DNA of 64,000 nt. It comes from Lepidodermella squamata. Lineage: Eukaryota; Animalia; Gastrotricha. The notes under the pieces are model-generated. The model was not told where the DNA came from. It searched no databases and saw only the letters and a list, made by a program, of their open reading frames with translations. A program made the position numbers and the translations under genes. Positions 1-13,136 of this stretch are shown here, piece after piece. Location of the stretch: the NCBI GenBank assembly GCA_047495785.1, contig JBLDXI010000013.1, forward strand, positions 2,728,001 to 2,792,000, in the 5' to 3' direction. Within the stretch, counting starts at the first letter, position 1. Each line of letters begins with the position of its first letter.

Positions 1-547
1 CATTTTAAAATTCAAGCGTCATTCATATTTCCAGTAGATCATAAAATCATAAGGTGGCGATGTTCCATGTAGCAAGTAAATTCTTTATAACTCTTTAAAG
101 CTAGAACATGGCGAATAAGGGCTCGAGATTTCGCATGCATCATACCGGCAACATTAAAAGTCGTCGCCACTCTTAGAACCTGAGAGCTGAGAGCTAAGAG
201 CAACAGAACCTCGAAATTCAAAATAAGTAACTAATAAATGACAGCTAACTATGCCAAAATTGGAATGTTTTACTATTGAGTAATTATACGGTGACTTCAC
301 AGGCGGACTTAAAGCCTGGGCTTCTGCTTCTGGATAAATCAATAAAAACTGAAAAAAACCCGAAGAGCTTCATTTTACCTCCAAATTAATAATTATTAAT
401 CTTTTGTATTTTTGATTAATGCAACATTTTGTCCGATATTAAACGCGTCGATAATTTAATTTTATAATTGAAATAATAACGCTAACAGGAGGAAGCTCGC
501 CGTTCGAGAGTCGAAATCACGGAGTCGATAATTACGGTCGAAGACCC

Positions 548-1511
548 CCCAAGGAAAAAAGTTAGGATAGATCGACAGTCGATGTAGATGTCATTTAGAT
601 GTGATCTTTTTTGATGCGAGGATGCATCTTAGATGTAACTTACATGAATCGTGGATGATCGTTAAGCTTCATGTACAATTCATCCGAGCATCATCTTAAC
701 ATGAAGCCATGATGATACATGGCCTTATCTACATGATATCTACACGACAAGTAGATGGGATCTACATGACAAGTAGATGGGATCTACACGACATCTACAT
801 GACAAGTAGATGGGATCTACATGAAATCTATATGACAAGTAGATGCGATCTACATGACATGTAGATCTCATCTACATGGCATCTACATTTCATGTAGATG
901 TGCACTACATAATTTGACAAAATCATGTCATCAAGATGTCGTATCGATAAACACCTTAAGATTATGGGTAATTTTCAGTCGACATGACTTCTAACCCATT
1001 GAACTCTTAATTAGTATTATTAGTATTATTATTAGTATTAAATTGAAATAATTTCACGAGAAGCCTTGGGGCGACCCTTTAGGCTCTGGGTTACAATGGC
1101 GCTCCCCTCAGCTCGCGAAGGCAGAGAGTGAACGCTTAGGTTAAACTCACCCACGCCCAGTCTCGTCAAAAACCGTCTGAATATGAATTAATTGGAAAAA
1201 ACTTTGGGTTGACCACCTCTTTGAGTGAGAATTGAAACAACAGCTAAATTGATTTGCATATGCACAATTTTGAAAATAATCAAATAAATTGCTGTAGACT
1301 TGGTTGCATCTAAGACACATCTATACATCATGTACAATTCATCCTTCATGATTCCTAAATGATGGAGTTGACATGTAAGATGCATCTTGTACCCATCTAG
1401 AACACTTGTTTGACATGCATCTTACATGTGTCTTACATGCAGCCGACATGTGACGGTCTCATATAGATGACATCTACATCAGGCCAGGACGATCCCTTTT
1501 TTTTCCTTGGG
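548..1511. mobile_element. Non-autonomous DNA transposon, CACTA/EnSpm (CMC)-like
   Basis: Imperfect TIRs of about 55 bp: left cccaaggaaaaaa...gatgtagatgtcatttagatgtga from 548; right end (reverse complement from 1511) cccaaggaaaaaaaa...gatgtagatgtcatctatatgaga. CCC...GGG termini, candidate 2-bp TSD cc (546-547 and 1512-1513), many subterminal atctacat/atgtagat motifs, no transposase ORF. Confidence 0.75.
727..900. repeat. 22-bp tandem repeat (atctacatgacaagtagatggg) with 11-bp half units, inside the transposon
   Basis: Several near-identical copies visible; each contains the inverted pair atctac...gtagat. Confidence 0.9.
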
Positions 1512-2140
1512 CCTTCTCGCTTCTCGCCTGCGTGTCGCACTTGTCGAAGCCAGCGGCCCACGATATATGTGTTATGTGTTTAGGGTTTGCTCTTTCTGCA
1601 TAATAATGATCTTTTGACTAAAGAGCTGCCGGTCACTTCTTACTTATTAGCTTCTTAGATGTTGCCCCACGCCGGCTGAATTTTGTCTGTTTTTTGTCTG
1701 CGCAAGGCTGTCTCAGAAAATTGAAAAGAAACCTTGGAGAACTAGAGAAAATCAAGTCATGAGACGAGAATATTATTGATTGATCATAAAGCGAGCCGAG
1801 AGAAGCGAGCTTTAGCTGACGCTACTTTTTTTTATTTTACAGCAGTAATGACCTTCAAATGTGCTGTATTTAAGTATGTCGAGATCTGTACTTGCCAGGA
1901 GGCGAAAATCCGGAAAATACATAAGGGTTGCATCAGTCCGTTACCGTCAAAGATGACGTGGCGCCGGTCCCAAGTTGTAATTCGATGACGGAGCCTCAAA
2001 TCTCTATGATCCTTGGTCTGGATGGACCGCCGATCATATTTTTAGTGTCTCCGTTTTATAAATTATTACTTATGTGTTATTGGCTTTCACATAGACGTTT
2101 ATTGCTTCTTTTTCGCTGAATTGCACAAACTTATACCAAA

Positions 2141-3222
2141 ATGGGTAAAGGCATGAGCAAGGTTCTTGACAACTTGTACGTCGTAAGTTTTAAATTATCT
2201 ATAATATGTTAGCTGAATATCCGGCGAGGCAATTGTCTTCTTAGGGAAGTTTCGCGGATTCCAACGACAAAGAAACTTTGGACAAAAACAACATCAGTCA
2301 TATTGTCACTGCGATGGAGTCAGGGAAGCGGAATTTTGAGGTGGGTCACCAATAGTTTATAATTTGGTATACTGAAAGTAATATTCTATTAGGATAAAAC
2401 TTATCTAGTCATTGAGATAGCTGACACATATTCAGAGAATATTTCTCGTCATTTTGCGACTGCAATTGAGTTCATTCACGAACAAAGACTGCAAGGAAGA
2501 GGCGTTCTCGTCCACTGGTAAGTATGCGTGATTTGACGTTATAGTTATTACAACAGTTTTAACAATCGAACAGTATGGCAGGTGCTTCACGGAGTGTTAC
2601 TCTAGTCGTCGCTTATTTGGCTACTATAACGGAATTACCATGGCGCGATTGCCTAAACGCCGTCAGGACTGTTCGCCGGCAAGCTAATCCGAATTTGGGC
2701 TTTCAGCAACAGTTAGTGCATTTCTTACTTTTTACGGATTTCTTGCATTAATTGCTTTCTTCAAACAGATTGGATCTCTATGAAAAAGAAACCATTACAC
2801 AGGTAGGTAGAATTTTATCAAATTTTTATCGCATCTTACATCGATTTTACTAGATACGCCAACGCTTGTTCCAACGGTTTGAGAACTATCATTTCGCGTC
2901 GGAAGATGAAAAAGCCATTCGCGAGTTGGTGTCAGCTTTTGAATTAGAATCAGCGGCTCCCAAACGCGTGAATACGTTTTATGACGATCTGCCCCCCTCG
3001 CTCAGTGTTTCTCACTTGGGCATGTCCCCGGAGGAAAATGCAAAGAATGGTCGAGATGGCATAACAAATGTAACCGTCTCACCCGGAGGTTCAGCAGTCG
3101 GCTTTACCATCCCGGGCAATCGAGTCGGAAAACGATATCCTCCGTGGATGCAACAAAGTGACAGCGTTAGTGAAAATAAGAGCGGCCAGGCTGTCTCTGA
3201 AACCACCAAGGAAGAACATTAG
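2141..3222 (+). CDS. Atypical dual-specificity phosphatase, DUSP22/DUSP15 family (multi-exon)
   Basis: Manual exon joining gives MGKGMSKVLDNLYVGSFADS...EIADTYSENISRHF...VLVHCMAGASRSVTLVVAYL...ANPNLGFQQQL. The N-terminus matches the myristoylated MGxGMxK start of DUSP22/15 and the HCxxGxSRS catalytic loop is intact. The last exon lies in ORF 2866-3222. Confidence 0.9.
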
Positions 3223-3869
3223 TTTCGATGCGTTGTTGACCACATTCGTGTCAATTTTTTACTCTCTGCACAGAAGTTGCACGTTTTGATAAGTTTTTGC
3301 AAACTAAAATTTCATTATGCTTATGATTGGAAGGGTAGAAACCGGTGGTTTCTAGTTCGTTGCTGCAATGTCATTTCAAAAGTCTGTGCTGACTTTAGTG
3401 ATAGTCATACCTTCTAACAAAAAAGCATGCTACAATTTGCGATGATTCAAGGGTTGTTTTACGTATGCTGATGACGAGGCTGTGTTTTCTCATTTTGCTA
3501 CCCCGGCATGATATGAGTGCTCATTCAACAGATGGTTATTACTTTTATCAAATTTTTCGGGCTGCTCGGAAATATTTATTTTGGGTAGCTTCTGTTAATA
3601 GCAGAAAAATATGTCTTGCCCAGTAAAAAGCGCCTTATGGTCAATTGCGATAATTATTATTGCACAGTACTTATCAGCGCAAACTTCGATCATATTCTTG
3701 TGAAACGAACGATAGAATTATTTGGTGAAAGTTCAATAAAACAGATGCCAAATTTTCCTCTGATTTTTTGTTTTTATTGGTAAAAATTTGTCGTGCTGAT
3801 TGTTAAACAGATGCAAGCATCAAATCGCCATCGTTCATTAAATTTTGATATTACATGAATCATTCGTAG

Positions 3870-4574
3870 CTACTGGCGGAACTTCCTGTAGGCAATGAAA
3901 GCTCCGAAACCGTAAAGAGCAGCTGTAAATAATCCAAACACCTGTGAATGGAAAATCGATATTATGACGAATTATCAAGGAATGCGAAATACTCACACCC
4001 GCCGCGATGTATCCATCGCAATTTGGGAAAGAAGCGAACTCAACGATGATCGCGATGACATACAGGCTGGCCCATATGCAATTGTGGATCAATTCCTATA
4101 TGCATTACAGTCAATTATATTATGCTGTTGGCAAATTTCGGTTAAGGTATCTACCGTCAAAACCCAGTTGATAACTTTGATGACGTTGTTAATGTTGAGG
4201 GCGTAAATGACGAAGAGGATGAGACTGTTGAGCCAGGCGGACGCGCTAACGAACAGAAACCAGCTTTGCGCTTCGTTGTTGTAACACCTGAAATAATTGT
4301 AGTCGGTGGCTGCACACGCCATGCTTATGATTCCGAAAAGCTAAAGGTAATTGGAAATGAGTTAGTTTCGTCCTATCAATGATACCAAACGGCTAACAAT
4401 TGTGACTCCTTTCAAAACACCTCCGTCGGATGGAGGTAGGGTTTTCAACCATCCCATATTCGGCGCTACACGTTCAGGCCCGCCGGCGGCTGTCACTGTG
4501 GGTGGATTTTCTTGAGAGTAAGGTCCAGCTTGGCCTCCAGCCTCCGCCCCAGGTCCATCCAAATGAGACATCAT
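3870..4574 (-). CDS. MARVEL-domain tetraspan protein (CMTM/plasmolipin/MAL-like), paralog 1, 4 exons
   Basis: Joined exons: WLKT...GVLKGVTI|LFGIISMAC...WFLFVSASAWLNSLILFVIY...WVLT|ELIHNCIWASLY...YIAAG|VFGLFTAALYGFGAFIAYRKFRQ*. Four TM segments and the AAGVFG motif. Confidence 0.85.
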
Positions 4575-4743
4575 TTTTGGTTAGTAATTTTACAACTTGA
4601 TTTTTAATTTAATTCAAGCAATTATTAAAGAATCAGTAACAAAAATATGCTGTTGACTGTGTGGGTAAAAGTGAGAAAAAACGGGTAAATTGCACGGCCT
4701 AAACATGACTGCTATAAGTGAAATCAAGTGTCGCAGCCTGAAT

Positions 4744-5432
4744 TTAGACTGAACTTTCAGGGTAAGATCTTGGCGCAGCAGGGGATGATCTTTCTTCAAG
4801 AACTAGCTCGCGATATCGCACGGCAGCCAGGTAGGAATTATAGCCGTACAAAATCAGCTCAATTAGGCCGAAAACACCAGCAGCAACATACACGCCGAAC
4901 TCATGCCCCATGGCGATTTCGACAATCGAAGCAATTAGGTAGAAGAAGGTCCAAGTGCTGTTGTGAACCAACTCGATCAAAGCCCAAATCTTAGGTCGTC
5001 GATAATATGAATTGGCGTTGCAGTAGAAAATCAGAAACAGCGCAGACGTTAGAATGAATGCTGAGATCGAGACAAACATGAAAAAGTGGCGATATGCGGC
5101 CCATGTCGTCGTTTGATAATGATACTGAAATGTTCCAGAAGCACCGGTTATCTCGGTCACAACGATGGCGCCACAGATGAGAGCGATCAAGCCAAAACCC
5201 TGAAAATAGGTGATCTTATAGAAGTTGCACGTTAATTAATACTGCCATGACTTACAATTTGCAGCACTTTCAAGATTCCCCATTGAGTTTTGAGCCACAA
5301 GTTATTAGGGCCAAGACACGGCTTCTCCTCATCTTGCTGGCTATTGGCTGGTGAAGCGTTGGTTTCGACTCGATTGGGCGAAATTATTGTGACGGCATTG
5401 TGGGTTTGATTTTGAGGTTCGGGTGGCATCAT
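4744..5432 (-). CDS. MARVEL-domain protein, paralog 2, 2 exons
   Basis: WLKTQWGILKVLQI|VFGLIALIC...FFMFVSISAF...WALIELVHNSTWTFFY...VAAGVFGLIELILYG. Confidence 0.88.
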
Positions 5433-6098
5433 GGTTATTTATTGAGATTCAAGAAGCGCGATGCGCGATGCGATAAATATTGCACAGGTAGATTGAAATC
5501 GCGGGGCATGAGCGCGTGTAAATATATAAGCGACACCTATGACTCATTGCGGCTGCGCCACCTCATGTCGAAAAAATTCGCTCCTATTATTATGTTTACC
5601 TACGACACACGACTCAGCTACTGTTTAGGTATGCGCACTAATATAAAAAAAGGCTCTAGAGGGTTTTCTTCAGTGAAATTATACAAGCAGTAGGAAATCG
5701 AGCTGCTGTTCTTAGGAAATATATAAATTGCGAGACCACTCGTTAAACAGTTGAATTTATATAGGCATGGGCCGCGGAGTGAACAGGGTGTATCTTTACG
5801 GTTAGTCATGACGAATATGTCAGACAAAATTTGAAATAGAAACATTTACAACAATGATTTTGTGGCCAGCACGCCCTTCCGAATTAGTGCTGCGATAACG
5901 CAATACCGGCGAACAGCGGTCAGTGATAAAAAGGTTGCTGATAAAAATACCCGCATTTTTATTCTTTTGATTTTATCAACGCCGGGTACAAACACAGCGG
6001 TGATGATTCCGCGCAAACTGTGTAAATAAATTTTGCAAAATATTAAAAATATTAATATCTCATAGAAATAGAGCTCCAGAAATGAATCGCACCAATGG

Positions 6099-6910
6099 TC
6101 AGTGATGATGTCCAGATCTAATTTTGACGAATGCTAAAAATGCCGAAATACCGTAAAGAACTGCCTCGAAAGCTCCGAAAACCTTTTAGTAGAAATCACA
6201 ATAAACTGACAACAATATTTAAGTACTCCGGCGACTTACCCCAGCAGCAATATGATTTTCTACTTTACCAGCCTAAATATTATCGTAAAATAGCGATAGC
6301 GTCATAATTTGCAATTTTAGTTTTACCATGACGAGGATAACAATAAACGCGACCGTGTACGAGAACTGGCAGAACATATTTAAAATAAGGTCCTGTACAA
6401 CAAATGAATAGAAGATTATTTCGACTCCATATAAAGTAGCCAACATACCAAAATTGCCCATGGCCAGTTTTCCATGACATGGTTGAAATTCGAGATGTGA
6501 GCGCAAAACCACAGAACAGAGATTATCAAAACAATACTTGTAAGTCCGAGAAAGAACTTTGCGTACGGTGGTTGGTAGAAATTAGGAGTCGCTGCGCAAA
6601 TAATGCTGATTATGCCAAAAAGCTGGGCAAAACATCGATCAAGTTCATTAAATCTTAATCGATTCAGTTAACTTACAATTTGAAATATGACTAATACACC
6701 CATTCGAGTGCCGAACCAGTCCTGCCGTAGCATGAGAGCAGCCGGCAAAGAAGAAGCACTGATGACTGTTGGAGACGCGCTGCTCGGTCTTCCTTGCTCG
6801 TAAATAGTCGACTCGAGCTCAATTGGACTAATGATAGCCGTCGTAGAAAGAACGGAAGGGGTGTTGGTGATGGGCACATGGCGGAAATCCGAACTATAGC
6901 CCAAACTCAT
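6099..6910 (-). CDS. MARVEL-domain protein, paralog 3, 5 exons
   Basis: WFGTRMGVLVIFQI|LFGIISIICAA...WPWAIL|DLILNMFCQFSY...ILVM|AGKVENHIAAG|VFGAFEAVLYGISAF...HHH*. Confidence 0.8.
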
Positions 6911-8569
6911 TCTAAGACACAAGAAATTAGTGTAAAATATTATAGGATATTATAAGTGAACTAGCTGAATATTGAACTTAGTTAACTTTTATACTAGATA
7001 GCGCATTTTAATATTTAGCTGTGCATGTATAACATTTTTTGCGATTCATCGAAATAACTGATGGCACCAGACTTAATGGCACGCTGTTCCCAATATCCCG
7101 TAATTTTATAATGCTTTCATTAGGGCAAACAAGGCTTAGCAGCCTTATTATGAAATACATCAAGCGTAGTTTACCTAACCTACCTGCATAGCGGGTTAGC
7201 TGGGTTATTTTTTGGCTAGACTATAACGCCTCACTGCAATATGCGACGGCCGCGTGTCCTACCACTAGGATGGTATTAAGCATGCATTTGTTTCTTGCCA
7301 CGTTGTACGCAATGCTTACATGAAAGCGCCCAATTGTTTACGATTGCACTGGCATTACAATATAATATTTGAATAATAGTAAGTACCAGCGTTTTTCGGC
7401 AGTCCTTATTAGACAGCGTGTCGCCAGCAAATACAAGTGCTGCGCGAGTTTTGTTGACTAAAAGCCGATAGGTCGTAAAGCTATAATAACACAAAACTTG
7501 AAGAGCAGTAATAATAAACCTGCCGCACCTTTTCCTATACAAATCAATTCTGCCGCGATGATTCATCTGCTTACATTTCCCGTTGAAAAATTCAGAAAAT
7601 TATCAGTCCAAATTTTATTTTGTCTCATTTGCAAACAACAGCAACGCATAAGCAACATTTTGCAATATGATTTTTGCAGATAAAATGCGGGTGCGCGTGA
7701 CACCAATTTTTGCACAAATACTAGTAGTATTTTAGTAGTAAAAAGTAAGTTAATTATGCGCATCGAGTTAAAATAGATGGTTTCATGCAATAAATATTAC
7801 ATATCGTGAGAATTTCGCTTTAGATCTGTTAAACCAATATATGCCGGGTGGTCCGTAAGCTAATACAACCGATCAAACTCGAGATTCGATGTCACAAAAG
7901 AAATATTCACAACACTTGGAATATGGAATAAAACGCTAAATATGATGGACAACCTTGAGATTTTGCTATTACTTTCAAAAAATAATAATTATTCCATGCG
8001 AAAATAACTAGAAACATGAATGTGATAATCAATGAAGACATAAATTGGAGAACAGTCACTTTTTTGGCATAGGTTGAATTTATCGAGCAGCGGGTGCCGT
8101 GTTTTACAAATTTCATCAAAATATAGTAAAAATACGTGGCCTCTTGTAATTATCATCACAAAAATTAAGGTGCGAGAAACAATTTCTTACAAGGCGTTAT
8201 ATCAATCTAAAAAATACGCAACAGGCATCACAGCAGGTATCAGATTAGGAATATTCAACCATAAACAAGGTCCCTTAAACTTACGAAGAAGATTACGAAA
8301 CATATATTGCGTTTTACACATCAATACATATTTTTCTGAGATTTTTTTGTTAAATTTTTCAGCAGTTGAACAAGGTAAGAAAAGAATAGGAATAGCTTTT
8401 CCGAGTGAAATATAGTTCACAACGCAACAGCAAAAGTTTCGATAGATGCGAAAGGCAAGTTTCCTTCACGGTTATCGACAACAAAGTGGAAAAAACACAC
8501 AGCAAGCAATGGTACGTAATGGTGGCCGAATGCAATACAAGTATGGAATATGCGTTGATATATCAGCTG

Positions 8570-9147
8570 TTACGCGCGCATTTTTTGGAAGGTGAAAAAT
8601 CCCGAAAGGCCGTAACAAATCGTCAGCAATATTCCAAACACCTAAATAAATAGAAAACTTATGAAAAAACGTCCAGTCTTCAAATCGACGACTCACCCCA
8701 GCAGCGATATACGGTTGGCTCCCATTCGCCAACGCCAAAATCACGATAAAGGCGATAACGTAGAGGACAACAACAACTGCGTTGTAGATGAGATGCTGAA
8801 AATTAACATGTAAAATTTCTCAAATTTTGAAATTGTTTAAAATCGCGTACTATCATCAGCCAAGGCACGTTCGGCCGCGCTTCAGGAACGTTGATGAAGT
8901 AAAGGATGAACCAGGTGATAGTTGTCAGCCATGAGACTATCGCCACGAATAAAAACCAGCCGCCGTGAGAAGTAGTACCTTGAGCTCCGCAAGCGATAGC
9001 AATCACGCCAAACACGATCTCGATGATCAACAGAAGGGCGGTGGGTGTCACCAGCCAAGGCACCTGGACACCCAAAGCGCCGTTCCCTGAGGCTGCCACC
9101 ACAGTTGGTGGCTGTTGTTGCCTGTTAGGATCTTGCGGGTAGGACAT
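8570..9147 (-). CDS. MARVEL-domain protein, paralog 4, 3 exons
   Basis: WLVTPTALLLIIEIVFGVIAIACG...WFLFVAIVSWLTT...PWLMI|HLIYNAVVVVLY...YIAAG|VFGILLTICYGLSGFF...MRA*. Confidence 0.87.
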
Positions 9148-9334
9148 AGTGCTTTTTCAAATGTAAAACAGCGACTAAAAATGAATATGTCATTAATAAT
9201 GAAAAGGCTATTTATTGCGCACCGAAAAATTTGATTTTTCATACTGTGGAAAAACGGCAACATAAAAAAGACAATAAGGATGTAATATCGGGGAGGCACA
9301 TTCAATATATTACAGTTTTATAGTAATTGATTTT

Positions 9335-12300
9335 TTACGATAACTCAAAACCGGCTTTACTAGTGATGGCATAACGCAATTTCTCCTTCAAAATCGACCG
9401 TTTCGGGTAATTAGGCAATTTCAACAGGTTGAAGCAGGTCGAAGCAGTCGGTAGCCGGATAACCGACTTATTACGGCCGATATGCAGGAAGCCCTTGATA
9501 ACACTACCCACTGTATCGCCCGTATCTTGGTCATCAGCAACTTCGACGCATCTGATAGAAAACGGAGGGTCAAGAGCGGAAAATCCGAGCAGTGGCGGTT
9601 TGCTGCAAGACGTCACGAATTTCAGGAAAAGTTTTCGCTCGTTCGGTGAGAAATCGTTCTCAACGATATCCCACAGCCAGCGAATAACTTGATGCTGGTC
9701 ATGAAATCCGCCGTAATAAATCACATTTCGCCGCAAATCGGCCACATCGATATCAGACGCGTCGCCACTTATCAACATTTGCAGTTCGGATACGTCGAAC
9801 ATGTGAAGCCACTCCTGCCGGATGACCTGGCGAAATCCGCGAAGAAAAGCTGCGGTTTGCTCGCGAATCATTGTAAACATTTGATAATTAGCCAACATAT
9901 GGATGTAAACGATACGATTTTCATTTGTCACCCGAATCGCCGAGCCGCCCGGGACGAGTTCGAACGTAACCGTTCGTCCCAGCATTGATTTATCGAAGGA
10001 GAAGGTCAACTCTAGGTCGGAAACATCGCCATCGTAGTGCTTCACGCAGGTCAAACTGCGGTATAGTTGTTCATCAAACGACGGCAAGTCGTCGAAAAAC
10101 GAAAACGAGGCCGATGAACTGTGCCGGTGGCCGAGTAGTTGACTGAGAAAGAACGGGGCGAATGGCACATCGACCAAAATACGCTCATACAACGCCTTCG
10201 CCAGTACTTTGCCCACAAATTCGAATAATTGCAAGTGGTTCGGTACGATTTGAGACGCGTAACTCGGGTACAATTTGTTATCAGCAGTGCTGGCGAAGAG
10301 ACCGACAGTCGGGTCGAAAATTCGTCGTGTCAGTTCCTCGATAAACTCCTTGAAAACGCCGTCCTGATCAATACCAGCTTCAGGTAGATTCTGCTCATTT
10401 ACGAATCGAACCCGAATGATCCGTTTCAAGACAATGCCAGGTAATTCCGCGAGTTGATTGAAGCCATCTTCGACGATTCGATTGCGTCGGACTGTGATGA
10501 GGTGAGCAGGGGGTGAGGGTGGTAGGATGCCTTCATCGTCGGACATGTCACGGCGGAGAAGGCCGAGCGCACTGCGTTCCTTGTCAACGAAAGACCGGAA
10601 CAGCTGGACGCGGTCGGTGAAAGGCACGACGTGTGGAATGAAGTGCAGAACGGCAATAGCATTTTTCTTCTCCTTTTCGATATCGCACAGCAGTTGCGGC
10701 AGTTTTACATCCTTCAGCAACCAAAAGTCTTTTGGAGCGAAAGTTCTTCTCGTGTCGCGATCTCGTATAACACTAGAAAAAATTAGAAACACGTACATTC
10801 ATTCATCATTCATAAAGCATGAGTCATGTCATGTGGTGCTCGCAATGCATGAAAAGGCAAATAGAAAAAAACTGGGTTCAAAAATGGGCGGAATTTTCTC
10901 TTCAAACGCGTGATTCATCGAAATCTACGGCAAGTGTCTCAAACAAGAGGGCAGTATTTGTTTTCCTTTTTTCGCCTGTGACCCTATTTTGCTCGGAATT
11001 CAAAACTGACTGGTTGAAAATAAAATAATAATTTGCAAAAATTGATCTTGGAAAATTATTACGCTGGATAAAATCAGATCTTAAATGCAAGTATTCCAGA
11101 CAATTTTAGGTACCCCAGCAAACAAAATTTAGAAAATCTTATGCCTGGAACCTCAATAAAAATGCCTATAATTTTAATTTAATGCTTAGCGAGCGAAATT
11201 CCAATTCCAAAAATGTGCTTGTTATTATAATTCCAAATATACAGCCTAGTAGGAAGACTAATAAATGAGCTCACCTGAGCATAGTAAGCATTGATTTGAA
11301 GACAGTAGCCAACGGATGGGATGGATTCGACGGGTCCAGCAGTTGATCGGCAAGGCAGCGGTATAAAAGTCGGTTCATAAGCATGCCCATTTTGCACAAA
11401 TTGTCAAGACTTAGGACTTTCTGATCTTCGTAAAGCTCCTTTTCGTCCAATATCACTATATAATTTGCTGTCGATTCGCAAAACAACGCAAGAAGGTCGA
11501 TGGCAGTTGTCGTAGAATTCAACGCGTCAATATTCGGATTGTTTTTTAAACTCTCCAAATTTCTCAAATGCTCGAGAAAAACTTTATAACCACAATCTGA
11601 GCCAAGCTCGCAGATCATCGCCCAGATGTTAGGAATGAAAAGATCTTGATAGCTTAGAGCCGCAAGAATTTCGGTTTTTATTTGAGGGAAAACTAAAACG
11701 GCAAGTTGGTAAACTGAACAAGCGAATGACGCCTGAACGGCAACCGGGTCGGCAAAATCCACTGCTCCATTTTCCCCTTTACCACCGAGATTTATTTTTG
11801 ACCATGCGAAAAATCTTTTCAACGTCATTTTCTTCTTTTCAGATTTCCCATGGCTCGACGACGAATGAGAATCGGGTGAAGACAGCTGCTTATTACGATT
11901 GAGATCTAACAAATCACCTAACAAGGCTCGGACAAGCCTAACGCTCCATAAATGCCTCATTTGCATGAGAACAAAAGAAACGCAGTCGATTTTGCAAGAA
12001 ACTCGACTTGAAACCAGGCCAAATAACGGATGCCACTCACGATGCGTGTTTTTCTTACTGTTTTCATGCAGTAATTTCTCCAAATGCGACAACAAATTGA
12101 ATAATTGCGTCAAAAAAGTGAGCGGTTGCTCAGCGATGAGCTTCAAATGAATCGAATTAAGGTGGATGTAATTGCCGATTATGTACAAACACCGTTCGGC
12201 CGTCAGTGATTTCAAATCAGGATGTAAGAATCCGTCTTTGTTGAATAAATTCACGAATGTATAAAAAATCCCATCGTCCTGCAAAATCGCTAATGAAGAG

Positions 12301-13136
12301 TCAGAACTAAATCGCTCCACCAATACAGACATTCCGCCGACTGAGAAATAATCAATCGCTAATTTCGTCCTCAAGTCGTCATTTTTCAACTTGAAATAGT
12401 CGAATTGTGATAGAACTATTTTCGATATGCCCTTGAAAAGCAAGGATAGACTTGCTAGGGCTGTAGAATCCACAGAGGCTTCGACAAATGGCGAAAAATG
12501 ACGCAGAACAGCCATCAACTTGAAGACTATCCTCCTCTCCGCGATAACATGGACAAAACTCTGACTGATCTGTGACAAGACGACGCGAAGTTGAGGTGGA
12601 ACGGCGCTGTAAACACCCCATTGGGCAGCGTTGCATAGCACCAGGATGAAATTAACAATCAGCGTGAAATTTTTGCGCTGGACATGCGACGCGATTGTTA
12701 TGTGATCACAGGCCTGAGCCATCATACCAGCTATGGCATCGATAGACTGCATGGAATCAGCTATGGTCGTCTTATTTAAACATAAACTGACCAAATTATT
12801 CGGCAAGGAAGACGTTTCAAAACTCCGAATAAGACTTTTCAGCAACAACACGAAAATATCAGTATCTTGAGGCATTTTTAAAACTGTAAGCGCCTTTTTA
12901 ACGCATATTAAAACAGTTTTCGCCAAAGCCGGAGATTCACTTTCGATCAAGTTGGAATTGATGTAATCAAGCGCCTTTTTCCGAGTATGCCGTTTTGCCA
13001 GGCAAAGCCGGACGTGTTGTTGGAGAAGTAAAATCGCCTGATTTTGCTCCCGCTTGTTCTGCCGTTCCTCCCGGGCAGACGAAACATTTTTCAGAAACGA
13101 ACTGCTCTTATTGGCCTCTGCCAATGGATCAAACAT
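9335..13136 (-). CDS. UBE3B: HECT E3 ubiquitin ligase UBE3B (2 exons: 13136-11275, 10772-9335)
   Basis: N-terminal 'AREERQ..REQ...LLQQHVR' IQ region; HECT motifs EAGIDQDGVFKEF and FVTSCSKPPLLGF; UBE3B-type DQDTGDTVGSV insert; LPTASTCFNLLKLPNY...GFELS end; the phase-2 intron joins in frame. Confidence 0.93.

Noticed and set aside
39-342. Short minus-strand ORFs at the window start
   Set aside because: No recognisable domain or reliable exon chain; may belong to a gene outside the window.
727-900. Repeat array superficially like CRISPR
   Set aside because: Units are contiguous with no unique spacers, there are no cas genes, the context is eukaryotic, and it lies within a TIR element.
5890-5985. 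Cluster of GATA motifs upstream of MARVEL paralog 2
   Set aside because: Short motifs are common in AT-rich DNA; no conservation or expression data to support function.
7000-8420. Several 60-113 aa ORFs between MARVEL paralogs 3 and 4
   Set aside because: AT-rich, no MARVEL or other motifs; treated as intergenic.
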